64,000 nucleotides of DNA. It comes from Macrostomum lignano. Lineage: Eukaryota. The notes beneath the pieces were generated by a model that saw nothing but the letters and a program-made list of their open reading frames with translations, made no database searches and was not told the origin of the DNA. The stretch is from contig NIVC01001524.1 of NCBI GenBank assembly GCA_002269645.1, positions 62,001-126,000 on the forward strand, read 5' to 3'. The stretch's first letter is position 1; every line of letters begins with the position of its first letter. Both the position numbers and the translations under genes were made by a program. Shown piece after piece: positions 1 to 12,718 of the stretch.

Positions 1-136
1 ACTCTGATTTAAGTGCTAATTTGCAGGATGTATTACGAATCTGGGTAGCAGCACTAATCGGGGAGAGCAGTGCTAATCTGACGTACAATAAAGTAATAAA
101 TATGTAATAGGATTGCAAATCAATTTCAAATGGAAC

Positions 137-250
137 CATTGCTAAACTGCTGGTGAAGCATTGCTAACCTGCTGGCGAAGCATTGCTAAACTGCTGGTGA
201 AGCATTACGAAACTGCTGGTGAAGCATTGCTAAACTGCTGGTAAACAATT
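137..250. repeat. 22-bp tandem minisatellite (CATTGCTAAACTGCTGGTGAAG), about 5 copies
   Basis: Unit read directly, recurring every 22 bp. Confidence 0.85.
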
Positions 251-375
251 TCTAAGGTTATTAATTTTTTAATAAAAACTTATTTTAAAGAGAAGAAAAC
301 TCAACGCAAGAAAAAGCGAAAAATAATCACCATGTCAACCATAAGAGAAGCAGCCTGTCGAGCATAAAATAATCA

Positions 376-1212
376 TTGGGAATTACTAAGATGTCAAGGC
401 TGGTATGGGAAATTGCTTTGATGTCAAGACTCACGGGAGAATTTCTGAGATGTCAAGACTTACTGAGGGACTTGCTGAGATGTCAAGGCTTATTGGGCTG
501 GGAGAATTGCGCAGATGCCTAGACTCGAGTTAAATTACTGCGATGTCAAGGCTTACTGAGGAAATTTCTGAGATGTCAAAGCTTACTGGAGGAATTGCTG
601 AGATGTCAAGGCTCGAGTTTAACTGCTGCGATGTCAAGGCTTACTGGGGGAATTTATGAGATGTCAAAGCTCAAGTATAATTGCTGCAATGTCAAGGCTT
701 ACTGGGGGGAATTTCTGAAATGTCAAGGCTTACTGGGGGAATTGCTGAGATGTCAAGGCTTAAGCATAATTGCTGCGTTGTCAAAGCTTACTGGAGGAAT
801 TTCTGAGATGTCAAGGCTTACTGGGGGGAATTGCTGAGTTGTCAAGGCTTACTGGGGGAATTGTTGAGATGTCAAGGCTTACTGGGGGAATTACTGAGAT
901 GCCGAGGCTTACTAGGGGGAATTGCTGAGATGTCAAGGCTAACTGGGGGAATTGCTGAGATGTCAAGGCTAACTGGGGGAATTGCTGAGATGTCAAGGCT
1001 TACTGGGGGAATTGCTGAGATGTCAAGGCTTACTGGGGGAATTACTGAGATTGCGAGGCTTACTGGGGGGGGATTTGCTGAGATGACAAGGTTTACTGCG
1101 GGAAATTGCTGAGATGTCAAGGCTTACTGGGGGAATTATGAGATGTCAAGGCTTACTGGGGGAATTATGAGATATCAAGACTTACTGGGGGAATTATGAG
1201 ATGTCAAGGCTC
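376..1212. repeat. About 30-bp tandem minisatellite (GAGATGTCAAGGCTTACTGGGGGAATTGCT)
   Basis: Roughly 27 copies, more degenerate at the 5' end; the ORFs at 595-1120 are translations of this repeat. Confidence 0.9.
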
Positions 1213-1800
1213 ATGGGGGATGGCTTAATTGTTGAGGGAGGGGGTAGATTTCTGGGTGATTGTCAGATAGTCAAGTAGTACGGCTTAAGTAGCTTATTTA
1301 ATTCAGATAATGAAAAAAGTATATGTAAGTGATGCTAATTTCTGCTAAAAGGAAATACCAGCGTATTTATTAAAGGTTTGATTCTAATAAAGAGGGGTCT
1401 AAGGCCGTCAGGGATTGGCATATTGAGCTCCTGCGGACCAGAATATAACTAGGCCAATGACAATACGCACTAAGAGTTTTTGATTGAAAGGATAAGCACT
1501 ATTTGCTAATTGAGAAAGGGAAACACAAGCGCTAAACTGCTAAAAAGCCACCCTGAGGGGGGCTAAATGGCTAGTCCAAATATACTGAATCTCTAAGGTT
1601 TGTATGCTTGAATGAATGCTTGTTAACGCACTATAGAGATTGCAATTTTTGACCAATTTTGATCGCGTTTTTGCCAAAAGATTCAAAATTGTCTTTCAAA
1701 ATTCTTTGCACCATCTATATACTAAATATGGTATTTTGTACTAAAATCTCTGAGTAGCTAAATAAATTTATTTTAAAATAATTTTTAGTTTCTTTACACC

Positions 1801-2360
1801 GATGGCGTCAAGGGAACGCGATTTTCAAGTCGTTTTGGAACCCGAGTTCGAAGAAATACTGAAAAAAGCAACAAATGACGGCGATCTACAAAGCGTTGAC
1901 CATAAGATAGAAGAAATACGAGACGTAAAAAAGAGGGATGTGATATGCAGGACTGCAGCTTTACATTCATCAAGTGCAGATTTTTCTTCGCCGATGGCGT
2001 CAAGGGAACGCGATTTTCAAGTCGTTTTGGAACCCGAGTTCGAAGAAATACTGAAAAAAGCAACAAATGACGGCGATCTACAAAGCGTTGACCATAAGAT
2101 AGAAGAAATACGAGACGTAAAAAAGAGGGATGTGATATACAGGATTGCAGCTTTACATTCATCAAGTGCAGATTTTTCTTCGCCGATGGCGTCAAGGGAA
2201 CGCGATTTTCAAGTCGTTCTGGAACTTGAGTTCAAAGAAATACTGAAAAAAGCAACAAATGACGGCGATCTAAAGAGCGTTGAGCATATGGTAGAAGAAA
2301 TACGAGACGTAAAGATGAGGGATGATGTATGCAGGACTGCAGCTTTACATGCGTCAAGTG
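1801..2360 (+). repeat. Coding tandem triplication, 192-bp (64-aa) unit at the protein N-terminus
   Basis: GATGGCGTCAAGGGAACG starts at 1801, 1993 and 2185; copies 1 and 2 nearly identical. Confidence 0.9.
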
Positions 2361-5300
2361 AATGTATGCATAACCACTTTTCATGGAAAATATTGCAAAT
2401 ATTGCTGCAACGTATTTGTGATGAGCGTTTAAAAAGTCAGTGCTACATACAAGTAGCTGAAAATCTATGTCAGTTGAATGACAAAAGCTTTCACGAACCG
2501 CAAGACTCAGACAGAAGTTCAAGAGACCAATTTTACTTCGACATGGTGAAGACTGCTGCTAATTGGCAGAAATGGAAGCTTCTGGATACGTTGATTGAAA
2601 AAAGTACAGAGCAATTGAAAATTATTTGCTGCGAGGTGTCTGCAAAAGCTGCTGCAGATAATCAACAGTGGAAACGCGTGAGGTCGTATATCGAGAAGAT
2701 CGCCGACAACATAGTTAGGGCTCGTTGTTGCTTAGAGCTGGCTGAAGTTGCAGCTGGTTGCAGCCAGTCGGATGTGGCAACAGAGCTGAAAGCACTGGCT
2801 AATCAAAGCGCTAAAGCAAGGAAGAGTATGGCCGAGGATAATTTTATTGAAATCATAAAAATATTGCAGAGTAAATCGAACGAAAATGTTAAAGCCATTT
2901 GCTTTCATATATTAGAGGTCTATGAGAACGAAAAACTTGAGATGGAAAAAGCACTCGAGCTACTCAAAGGCACGACTACCACTGGCCGGCAGGCAGCAAG
3001 ATACGCTGGCCGAAAGGGGTACTTAGAAGTTTTGCGGCTAGTACTGATAAATCTATCCGATAAGTTTGAAATGCACGCCTGCGGTATGGTTGCTGCACAG
3101 TCAGCTGCTGAAGCCGATATGTTTAATGTCGTCAAGTTTCTTTTAGACAGCTGCACTGACAAAAGATTCAAGCATGCGCGCTGTCTGAAAGTTGCTGAAA
3201 TCGCTGCCGAGAGAACTCACTGCGAAATGGCTAAATATTGCGTTTGTGCCATCGATGATCCCGAGGCCAGAAATGATTGTTGCATGAGAGCGGCAGAAAA
3301 ATTCGCCTCGAATCGAGAAATATCAACAATGTGGTTCTTTGTCGAATCGATTGCAGATGAGCTGAAAGACCAGTGCTGTAGCGAGGCCACTGAGCCAGCT
3401 TCAAGAAATGGCGATCTGGAGACGGTAACTGATCTGGTGAACAGAATCAAAGACGAACGACGCAAAGATCTGTGCTGCAAGAATGCTGTAAAGGCTGCGT
3501 CAGATAACCAAAAATGGTCTGTAGTTAAATTTCTGGCAGAATCTGTCAGCTCAGATGACGGTAAAGATGACTGCTACGAAACCGCTGCAGAACGAGCCGC
3601 ATGGAGCGGAGAGGCAGAAGAAACGAAATTCTTTGTGTCAAAAATCGCTAATCCGCACCGGAAGGGTCAGAGCTATCTTAAGTCAGTTGAGTCAGCGGCC
3701 AGTAATCTGAAATTCAACGTCGTCAAATCATTAGTTCAGATGGAGTCAGTTACTCAGGTCCTGCGAAATGAAGGCTGTGAAAGAGCGATGAAGCACGCGT
3801 CCAAAGACAATTACCTTAATTTTGTTGAATTTCTCATTACAACCGTGTCTGACGATCGAGTTCGAGACAAGTGCTGCTTGACTGCCGTGGAGCACGCTGC
3901 ATTCAACGGTCACTCCAGAGTGGTGGACTACTTAAGGCGATCAATAAGTCCGTCTGCCGAGCAAGAATTCCTCCTGAAAGCGGTGATAGGTTCAGGAAGC
4001 GGCGGCCACCCTGAAGTGTTTCATATCGTATCCAGAGATTTTAATTACGACTTAGCAAAAATGGCCGCTGAATCAGCAGCCCAGTCCGGAAAAAAGGATA
4101 GCATGCTACATTTTTTGGACCAAATTAAAAATAAAAATGGCGACGTTGAAGAATGCAACCACATATGTGCAAGGGCAGGAGCTTCCTTTCATCACGAACA
4201 CATCGTAAACTACTTCGATATTCAGCCCCAATGGCTTAAGGAAGACAAAGACTTCGTGGATTTCTTTTCGAAGTTGGCGAGGGAAGGAAAGAATTCAATT
4301 CTTAAAAAACTTTTGCCTCGTATGAGTAAAGCTGAAACTCATCATCTTTTAACGGAATCAATTTCAAAAGGCTACGTCGCACTTGCCTTAGCGCTAGTGC
4401 CTTTTGTCTGCAAACAGCAAGTCGATCTGTCTGACAAAGATGGATCCACTGCTCTCATGCTGGCAGCTGATGCAGGTCACCACGAACTCATCGAGAAACT
4501 GATAAAGCACGATGCTTCAGTAAATGCTCAAGATAGTCTCGGTCGAACCGCTTTGACTCGAGCGTGCAACGCAGGTCACGTGCGTGTGGCCAAGTCTTTA
4601 ATAGACTCTGGGCGAATGCAAGCCATCGAGACAATCAGGGTCTGACTTGCGCGCAGCTTGCAGAGAATCGAGGACACACCGAGGTGCTGCGATTGCTGGA
4701 ATCGACCAGCCTCAGGTAATTTCAATATTACATTTAAATAGAAGTTTATTTATTAGAGAACAAACTGCATTAATGACTCTAAGCTACTGTTAATTTCCAA
4801 AATAATTGTCGATTGAGTCAAAATATTCTTTTCAGAAGCAACGACTGCAACAAAAAAAGCCTAAAACTACACGATTTGCTGAAAAAGTCCGGATTCACGA
4901 GTTCCAGAGCTCAGAGCGTGCAGGCAATGGCCGACTGCCTTCAAAGAGTTGCAATTTCTATTGTTCAAGGCGAAATAGAAATTACGGGTAGCTTCGCAGA
5001 GGGATGGGCTAATAGCCTAATGCAAGTAAATGGCAGAACAGCAGCTGAGTCAGACATCGACTGGACTGTGTTCATTGCTGGACTGATAATGCATTTGAAT
5101 AACCACTGCCATTGTCCACCCGGCACCAAGTTACGTGTGACAAACGGACACGCCCAAGTGAATGAAGGGTCCGGTAAGTTAAGAATATTTAGTGTAAAAC
5201 CGTACATGACACGCTAGTTAGTCAGACTAAAGTAATATAAAATGTTGGCCCCTCCGAGAGAAAAGAGTGGTTTGTGTGGTAGGTTCGTTGAAATAAAGCA

Positions 5301-7138
5301 TAATTATGAGGAGGCCATTTTATTCAAATAATATAGATATTACAGGTGCTTCTTTGAAACTGATCCCAGAAAAAATCCTGACAAATTTTAAATACGAGCT
5401 AAAAATCCTTTGACCGCTAAAAAGTTACCGTAAAGAGAATATCACTTCCGACGTTTTTAAGCCCGCATTCCTACTCATGCAGTCCAGAATTTTTTACTCA
5501 ACTATTATCCACCATATAGGAAGCCAGCCAGCAGTCACGACACCAGCAGGCGGTGTTCGACCAACACAGGACCTGTGCTATGCCATAAAGTGCTGCAGTA
5601 GCTATTGTACAGAAAACAGAAAATTGCTCAAAAAATTGGTTATACGCCCCAACGCTGACGATCCAGGACTACATGTTCATCTCGTCAGTGCTACCCGACC
5701 TACAAGGCAAACTCGTAACGAGCTCAGGGTGAGCTTCAGCTTACACGAAAAGAGGATCATGAGAAGCCTCTCTGATGTCCAGGGTCAACTCTTCACAGTA
5801 ATCAAGTTTATCTTCAAAAGATACTTACCCATCACACTGAAAACACCTGGACTCAAGACTTACCACGCAAAGACTCTGCTCTTCTTCATGCTCGAGAAGC
5901 ACGGAACCGAGGATTTTAATCTGGCTTGGCAACCGGAAAATCTGATTTCTCTTGTGAAAGAAGCTCTTGAAATGATGCTGAGCTTCATCGACTCGAGCAG
6001 CTCGCCCGATGAGTGCATGCCGCACTTCTTCATGTCAGACGCTCCGCTCTACTTCAAGAACGCTGGAATCGGCGGCGACTTCGACAACACGAAGTCGAGG
6101 GTTCGACTCCGACTGAGTGAGTTGAGATTCGGCATCGAAGGAGTAATTGAGCAATTCATGGAACAGCTGAGACCACTGCAGTCACAGAACTTCTATTTCC
6201 ATCCGTTCACCATTCTACCACTTACGCATCCAGCTAGAGTGAAAGAAGTCACGTCAAAGTACACTGATCAGTACCTACACCTAGCGGATGCTTACTGCGT
6301 AGTGCATCACTGCTTGCAGCTTCTCCAGTCAGACGACACTAATCAAGATGACCTCGTGATCCAAATCAGTCTGTTGGACCCGCTGAATTGGTGTAAATGC
6401 GCCTTTTTGTGTCTCACTGCCATGGCTCACCTCAAGTTTGGTGAGGCTAAGAAGGCTGAGATAACACTAACTGGACTTCAGAGTCACTCCATACATACTG
6501 CTTGGGACCCAGAGCTGTTCTCAAATCGTAGATTCAAGGACCGGAGTACGTGGGAAGTACCTCTCGACTTAGACTGGGCGTGGAGGTTCTGCTTTCCGTG
6601 CGACACTCCGCCTCGCTTTCCTTTTCTTCCTGAGTTCACGCAGTCTCTGCTCACTGCCAGACTGTCGCAGCCTCGGTGCTCACACCTGTACGTGAACTTC
6701 CGCTGCCTGAGCTGGAGTCTCCAAGCTGAGCTGCTCCGCGATCGAACACCCGAAAATGAAATCTCATTCGATGCTTGGAAGACTCAGCTGCAAGAGGACC
6801 TGGACTTGGAGGAGCTGCTCACCCTGGCTCACTACAGCAACAGTCGCGAGCATGTGGAGATCTGCTTGCGGCAGATGGAGATAGTAAAAGATGAGAGGCG
6901 CGTTGCCATGGAGAGGGTTGATAAAGATAAGCTTCAATTGGTCAAGAAAATATGGATGAGTGAGCTTTCCGACTTTGGTGCCGTGATAGAAGCCACTGAT
7001 TTGCTTCTCATTCAGTCAGGAATAGTGTCACGGGTCAAGAAAATTGGCAGTGTTCTCAGAATACTAGCGTCGCACTTCTTGATAGTTGTCGTGCTGATTG
7101 TTATTGTCATTTTCGTATCCTATCTTCCCGCTGTTTGA
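1802..7138 (+). CDS. Ankyrin-like repeat + Mab-21/cGAS-like nucleotidyltransferase (cGLR-type) protein with C-terminal TM helix; exons 1802-4715, 4836-5173, 5520-7138; about 1623 aa after one frameshift correction
   Basis: ANK repeats (DKDGSTALMLAADAGHHELIEKLI; DSLGRTALTRACNAGHVRVAKSLI; after the frameshift DNQGLTCAQLAENRGHTEVLRLL). GT-AG introns with matching phases 2 and 1. NTase motif GSFAEGW...SDID, third acidic residue in QDLCYAI, Mab-21 motifs LRVSFSLHEKRIM, LKTYHAKTLLFF, MPHFF. Hydrophobic tail HFLIVVVLIVIVIFVSYL. Confidence 0.85.
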
Positions 7139-8775
7139 GTGCCCTATATTTTCGAGCGGCAAATTGAATGGAAACTCGATTTCTACGATTCAGCACACGA
7201 AGTACAGAACTAAAATATTAATTAAAAGTTTTTTAAAATGAAAAAGAATATACATTGGAAAAAAAGTAAAAATTAAATTTAAAAAGTTAATCTTACAGAT
7301 GATAAAAGTCAGATTGAAGACATGAGGATACGGTTGGATAAATTTGGAAAATATTGATCTATTTCGTGTCGAAAAGTGTGCTTTTTTTACTGTATAACTC
7401 GTAAATGACTTTGAAATTTCCACTTAAACTTTTTAGCACTGTCATCTTTGCCTAGCTTTGGTGACAATTATTTTTGTTTAGAATTTTGGTACGAATTATG
7501 TAGAACAGAAAGCGTATAACTTTTACATTCGTCGGGCTAAAACAGGTATATTATGAGCGAATAACTTTTTGTGCTTTTGCGTGTATTTTGCTCTAAATTT
7601 AGTTATCACGTTTTTGCTGTTTTTCGCGCACGAATTTAGCAGTTTTTTCTGTATGTATTAATCCTATGTTCTAATATTACTTGTTTTCCGGGAATTTTCC
7701 ACGCGACATGGCTATACGCATTTCTATTGATCATTTTAACAGTCAGACCGGAGATCACGTGGTAGTCAAACTTTGACCTTTGAGTACGAGCGTAGATCCC
7801 TGGTGAACTGACTTTCCAAGTTTGACTCGGTACGACGCCCCTAACCAAGCGGAAATACTTTAACGTAGCTTTAGCCTTTAACGTTGACCACTCTAGCTGG
7901 CCTAACGATCCAAATTGTTAACTTTAAAAAACCTTCGCATTTGAAGCTCAACCTCCACCACTATTCCCCAGCCTCCACATGCGCTGAGCTCTGTTCTTTG
8001 GGTCATTTAGGAATTGAGCTGCTTAAGCATAACACGATGAATAGAATATTGTTGAGCCATCACAGAACACCTGTTGTATAAGAGTTTACCGTAGTGCAAC
8101 AGTAGCAAGATTAAGATGTTGTATTTAGGGAATCGAATCACTGCGAGGTTAAATGAAGTTAAACTATATTGTGAGATTTTTAGAATCAGAATGCAAAGTT
8201 TTTTTAAGAATGGTAATACTTTTATAACCTTCATATTTTTCCTTTTAACTTACGTATTCTGAAGCTTAGATGGTTGCTAATTGATTTGTACATGCATTGT
8301 CTTAATCCGTAATTTTCGAAGCCTTCATTAATTTTGTTTAAGGAATTGATTCTTTAATTGCTGATTTTTGCATTGCTGTTGCAGTAGTTTGAAACCTAGT
8401 AGTTGCTTGTATATGTTCTAGTTGCAGAAATGCTTTAATTATTATTTTGACATTAAAATTGTATCAGTTCTGCCGTGAAACTGAGTGTGAGTTTATTAGT
8501 AGTGACCACTACTGGACGCTAATTCTGAATGCTATAACTGTTAAATGTTTTTGTGATTGTATGAGTAAACGAAATGCCTAATAGAGAACTTTCGAGCACT
8601 GCTAAAGGATCCATCTAATTAACTGCTAACCAACATGTACTTTAACTTTCACTATATTTTACCTTTAGCCTCTTGCTACCTTCATCGTCAGATTCATTTG
8701 ATCAGATCTTCATTCGTTCCTGGAACTGATTTTAAGTGTTAAAAGACCCCTACCTATGTTGTAAACTAGTTATTT

Positions 8776-8940
8776 GAGCATAGGACTCACAACTGAAGGT
8801 CGGGGGTTGGATTCACGACCCAATCGGAAAAATCTGTGCCTTTGAGAAAGACACTTGCATTTGCTTCAGTTCACGCAGCTATAAAATGGGTGCCAGCCTT
8901 AGCTGGGGTAATTGAGGGTGCATGTGGCGACCACCTGTCG
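8776..8940 (+). mobile_element. tRNA-derived SINE with CORE-like domain (5'-truncated copy)
   Basis: Aligns by eye to 49291-49470: GGACTCAC..GAAGGTCGGGGGTT...TTGCTTCAGTTCAC.CAGCT.TAAAATGGGTGCCAGC. Confidence 0.75.
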
Positions 8941-10114
8941 GTTGCACAATATCTGTCTACTATTAGAGTAGGTGTAATTTAAAGAGGCTAATTTCTGCCT
9001 GTAATTGTGGAATAATATCCGTAATTGTATCTTAATGAATGAAAAGCATAAGAAGCGAAAAAAGCGATTGCTGTGCTTTTCTCTCCGAAAAATAACTTAA
9101 ATACCGTCACATTCTAAACTAATACATTAAATTAGAAAGCGCTCAAACGCGTCTTTAAAGTCGCCTGTGTGCCACCGGTTTCTGCGGAGTTGGGTCGCTC
9201 TGCCAGACAGGCAGCGATTTTTGCGCTGGCCGCATCAGCGGGACCGTCTAACGGCGGTGCTGATGTCGGAATACTCCGCCTCGCGCTGTTCTCCAAGCGC
9301 GGCGACGAAGGCACCCGCGAATTGACGCTTCACGCGGGTGTCCAACAGAGCACGATAGTAGTCACGGCCGCTGCTTTGGCGGTTGGTAGAGCTGGTCGCG
9401 GAGCCGCAAGTCGCAGCTCAGGAGTGGGTGGTCTTACCGGCGAGCCAGTGGACCCACCCGGTGTCAAAAAAATGGTCCAAATGACGTCCTGAAATCAGAG
9501 TCCTCTCGCACCCATTATGTACAAAGTTTTATAGTCGAAATGACGTCCGTTCGCTACTGACGCGGGACTATTTTAGTACTGTGAAATTTGTCTTCTATTC
9601 TACTATTAGTAGAATATGAAACATTTTTTTCGTTACAATACCCACATTTGCATTCAGGATTTTATAGGTCCAATTAAAAGATGACTTGGGATATTGATGT
9701 CTAGAAATATTTTCTTCCCTAGTACGGTACGTGTTTAGGGTTGTTGCTGAAATTTACTTTTTTATTTTTATTTCAATTTTTAGATGCCAGCAAAGGTTAA
9801 CCACTTCTGGCCAACAGAAAATATTTTACGGTATAAAAATATTAATACGAGTACAAATTTTTACGAGCAAACGTACTTATTACCAGGAAAGTAAATAGGC
9901 AACATTTTTAATGTTAGGAAATAAGATTTAGTATATTGTGATCGAATAAAACGCAGATTAAAGGTTATTAAAAAAGTTACTAAACTCACTAGAAATACGC
10001 TACAGCTACAGTAAAATTTAAGCATATCGCCCAACAAGTCGTTACTAAGCAAAATACATGAAAAAACTGGAAAGAAACGAAGCAAAAGCATGGTTTTTAA
10101 CATCTCTCTGTCTT

Positions 10115-12361
10115 CTAATCATCGTCGCTACTGGAACTATCAATAATTATTCTTCGACGCCGTTGCTGCTGATGCCGAGCCGCATCTGGCTGTTGGTGCC
10201 CAGTCGGCTGTTGATGCGCAGTAGCATACGGCTGCTGATGATGATGCCCAGCCGGCTGCTGATGCGCAGTAGCATACGGCTGCTGATGATGATGCCCAGC
10301 CAGCTGCTGATGCCCAGTCACCTCAGGTCCTACTGTCCGGCGGCGCTTAACCTTGGCGGCTTCTCTTTCTGAAGCGTGCTTTAGTAGATCTCGAATCGCA
10401 CCCTCTACATCAGCCTCGGATGGCCTCTGTCTCTCATCAGGGTAGAGATCCTCAACTGCATCTGCAGGTTATGATTGGATGAATGGATTTGGTTTGTTAA
10501 TTTGCCAACAGACCTCCAAGGAAAACAGCGACGATATTCAAGAAAAGAGAACAAGAAGGGATACAGAAAAGAATAAAATCATAGGTTGGGAAGCATCAAG
10601 AAACTGTCTGTGTAATTAGAAGTCCATTAATTTGATGTTGCGAGCCGATGGTAACTCACCAATAAAAACTTTGATCGCATTTCGGAACGCCAAGGCAGAG
10701 TCACTTAAATGCAGGTGAGGGTGCTGCGCAGTTACTCGCGCCGACATGTTTCGGCCCGACCAATTTACGAGGCATTGCATCGACGCAGAAAGGCACTTCT
10801 CCAGCATGCGCTTGCAGGTGTCGTGCACTGACGAACCTCGACATCCACTTAGACTCGGGGCCTGGTAAGTAAAGTTTTGGTTGTCGGTAGTTGACATTGA
10901 AAGATTTTGCTAATTTTTTAAAGTGTTTTAAGATTAAAAAAGCGCTCAAAAATTTACAAAAAATAATTATAAAATAATTCAAATTTCCTTCGCTTTTCGC
11001 ACACTACTATTTTTAGTAGTTTACGTAGTATATACCGTATTCCTGTCAATAGCTGAAAATCATTGCAGTCATTAGTTCAAGTCTATTTATCCAAGAATTA
11101 AGTGTCTCACCAGACGGCTCTGCTCAAGTTGAGATCCAGAGATGAAGCGGATGTAGTCCTGCCAAGAGTTTATTTGCTCAAAGACTCTTCGAGAACCCGC
11201 GTCTGCAGCTGCAGCAGTCAATGACCTGTTATCGGACAGCTGGCGAAGTAACCGCCCCTGAGCCGCGACTTGCGCCGAGAGGCCTTCGATCTGAGCTGAA
11301 AGCTCATTCGTCAGTCTTGTGACGGCGTCATATGTATCGCATGCCCGGCGTGCGGCCAGATTTGAAAGAAACGAGGCAGCCCTTGACGAGTCAGGATCCA
11401 TGCCCAAGCTTGTAAGCTGCGCCATAGTGCTGCGCAAAAGCGTTGGGTGAAATCCAAGCGGCTCAGTCGAGTTATCTGTTGCTGTCTTTGGGATGGTGCT
11501 CGCCTCCCGGTCCGACTGCATAGATTTATCTGCAGCTCCATCAGCAGACAAAGTGGAAGCTGCCGAGGGCGGTTGACACAGCAGTTCCTGAGACATCGGA
11601 CTTTGTCTTCCTGTTTCGGCTGCGAAGACTCTGACCTCCTCCCGCTGCGGCTGTGGACTGTCATGCATAGCAGAGGGTCGCAGGCCTGTAGATTGTCTGT
11701 TGGGTAGCACTGGTCGCCCTTCTTCTCTCTGGGGTGTTAGAGTCACATCACCTCGGTCTTGGCCTTGAGCATCATCAGTGACATCGATTTCGCTTTCTGA
11801 CGTTGTCCACTGCTGTTGTAAGAAAAATAGGAAAATCTAATTATTTTTCTTCATCGCCCATCGGCAATCACCTGCGCTCATTTTGTCGCTCATCCACCCA
11901 TTTACTTCACTAATCACCTACTCACTCATTCCCCTCCCTCACTTTGAAGTTTGTTTCTAACTTTCTTTTAGGATTCTCGTTTAAAAAATACTTACTTCGA
12001 TGGGCCGAATTGCGTTGCGTCGGCCGATATTGACTCTTCGTATTGCCCTTAACAGGCTCTGCGGCGTCTTCCTTTTTTCACTTCTGAGTCTTCGGAGAGC
12101 TCGAATCGTCGGCGTGTTGTCGGTCTCTGGGCTTAAGACAACTTGCAAAAGTATAGCATCGAACCAGTCGCCTTGATACTCAGCACGCACTTCTATGGGC
12201 ACCTGAGAAAACAATTCTGGTGTGCTCATAGCCCGCCAGTCAGCCTCTGTATAGCTCTGGTAGTCTCCGAGCAAGATCTCGTTCTCTTGAACTTCGATTA
12301 TTTCCCCATCTAAATGGAAAAATACTATATACCTAATTCTTGAATCGGATGGCTCAAACAT
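10115..12361 (-). CDS. Transposon accessory protein with DUF4806/BEN-like domain; exons 12361-11996, 11812-11111, 10861-10660, 10461-10115 (538 aa)
   Basis: Canonical GT-AG junctions give one continuous frame. Motif GSSVHDTCKRMLEKCLSASMQCLVNWSGR...AIRDLLKHASERE; C-terminal H/Q-rich repeats and acidic tail SSSSDDD. Confidence 0.7.
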
Positions 12362-12718
12362 GTTGGGACAGTGCTTGCTTGCAGGGATAAGAAAATTCTG
12401 TGGTTAACTGAGGAGCACGGGATTACGAGCTAGATATTTAACTATAGTGGGGGTGCACTCTTCTCAAATATTCCTTTTTCCGTGTGCCTTAATTTCTATT
12501 GGCTGTGACAGGGAAGCCTCTATGGTCGCTACCTTGCGGGCCGGGCCGGCAGCGAGCCAATACGATTCCCTGGCCGTTCGATTGTTGGAGAAAACAGAGC
12601 CCTGATTCGATATTCGGGCATAACATAATGGTGTCATGAATAATAGTTTCATTAAAAATAAATCAATCAAATGCACTGTGCATACACTTCAAACTAGATA
12701 TTCATAACAAGCACAGAG

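Noticed and set aside
595-1120. Repetitive ORFs in the 30-bp array
   Set aside because: Translations of the minisatellite on both strands.
9132-9492. GC-rich ORFs on both strands
   Set aside because: No recognisable domain; probably a decayed repeat fragment.
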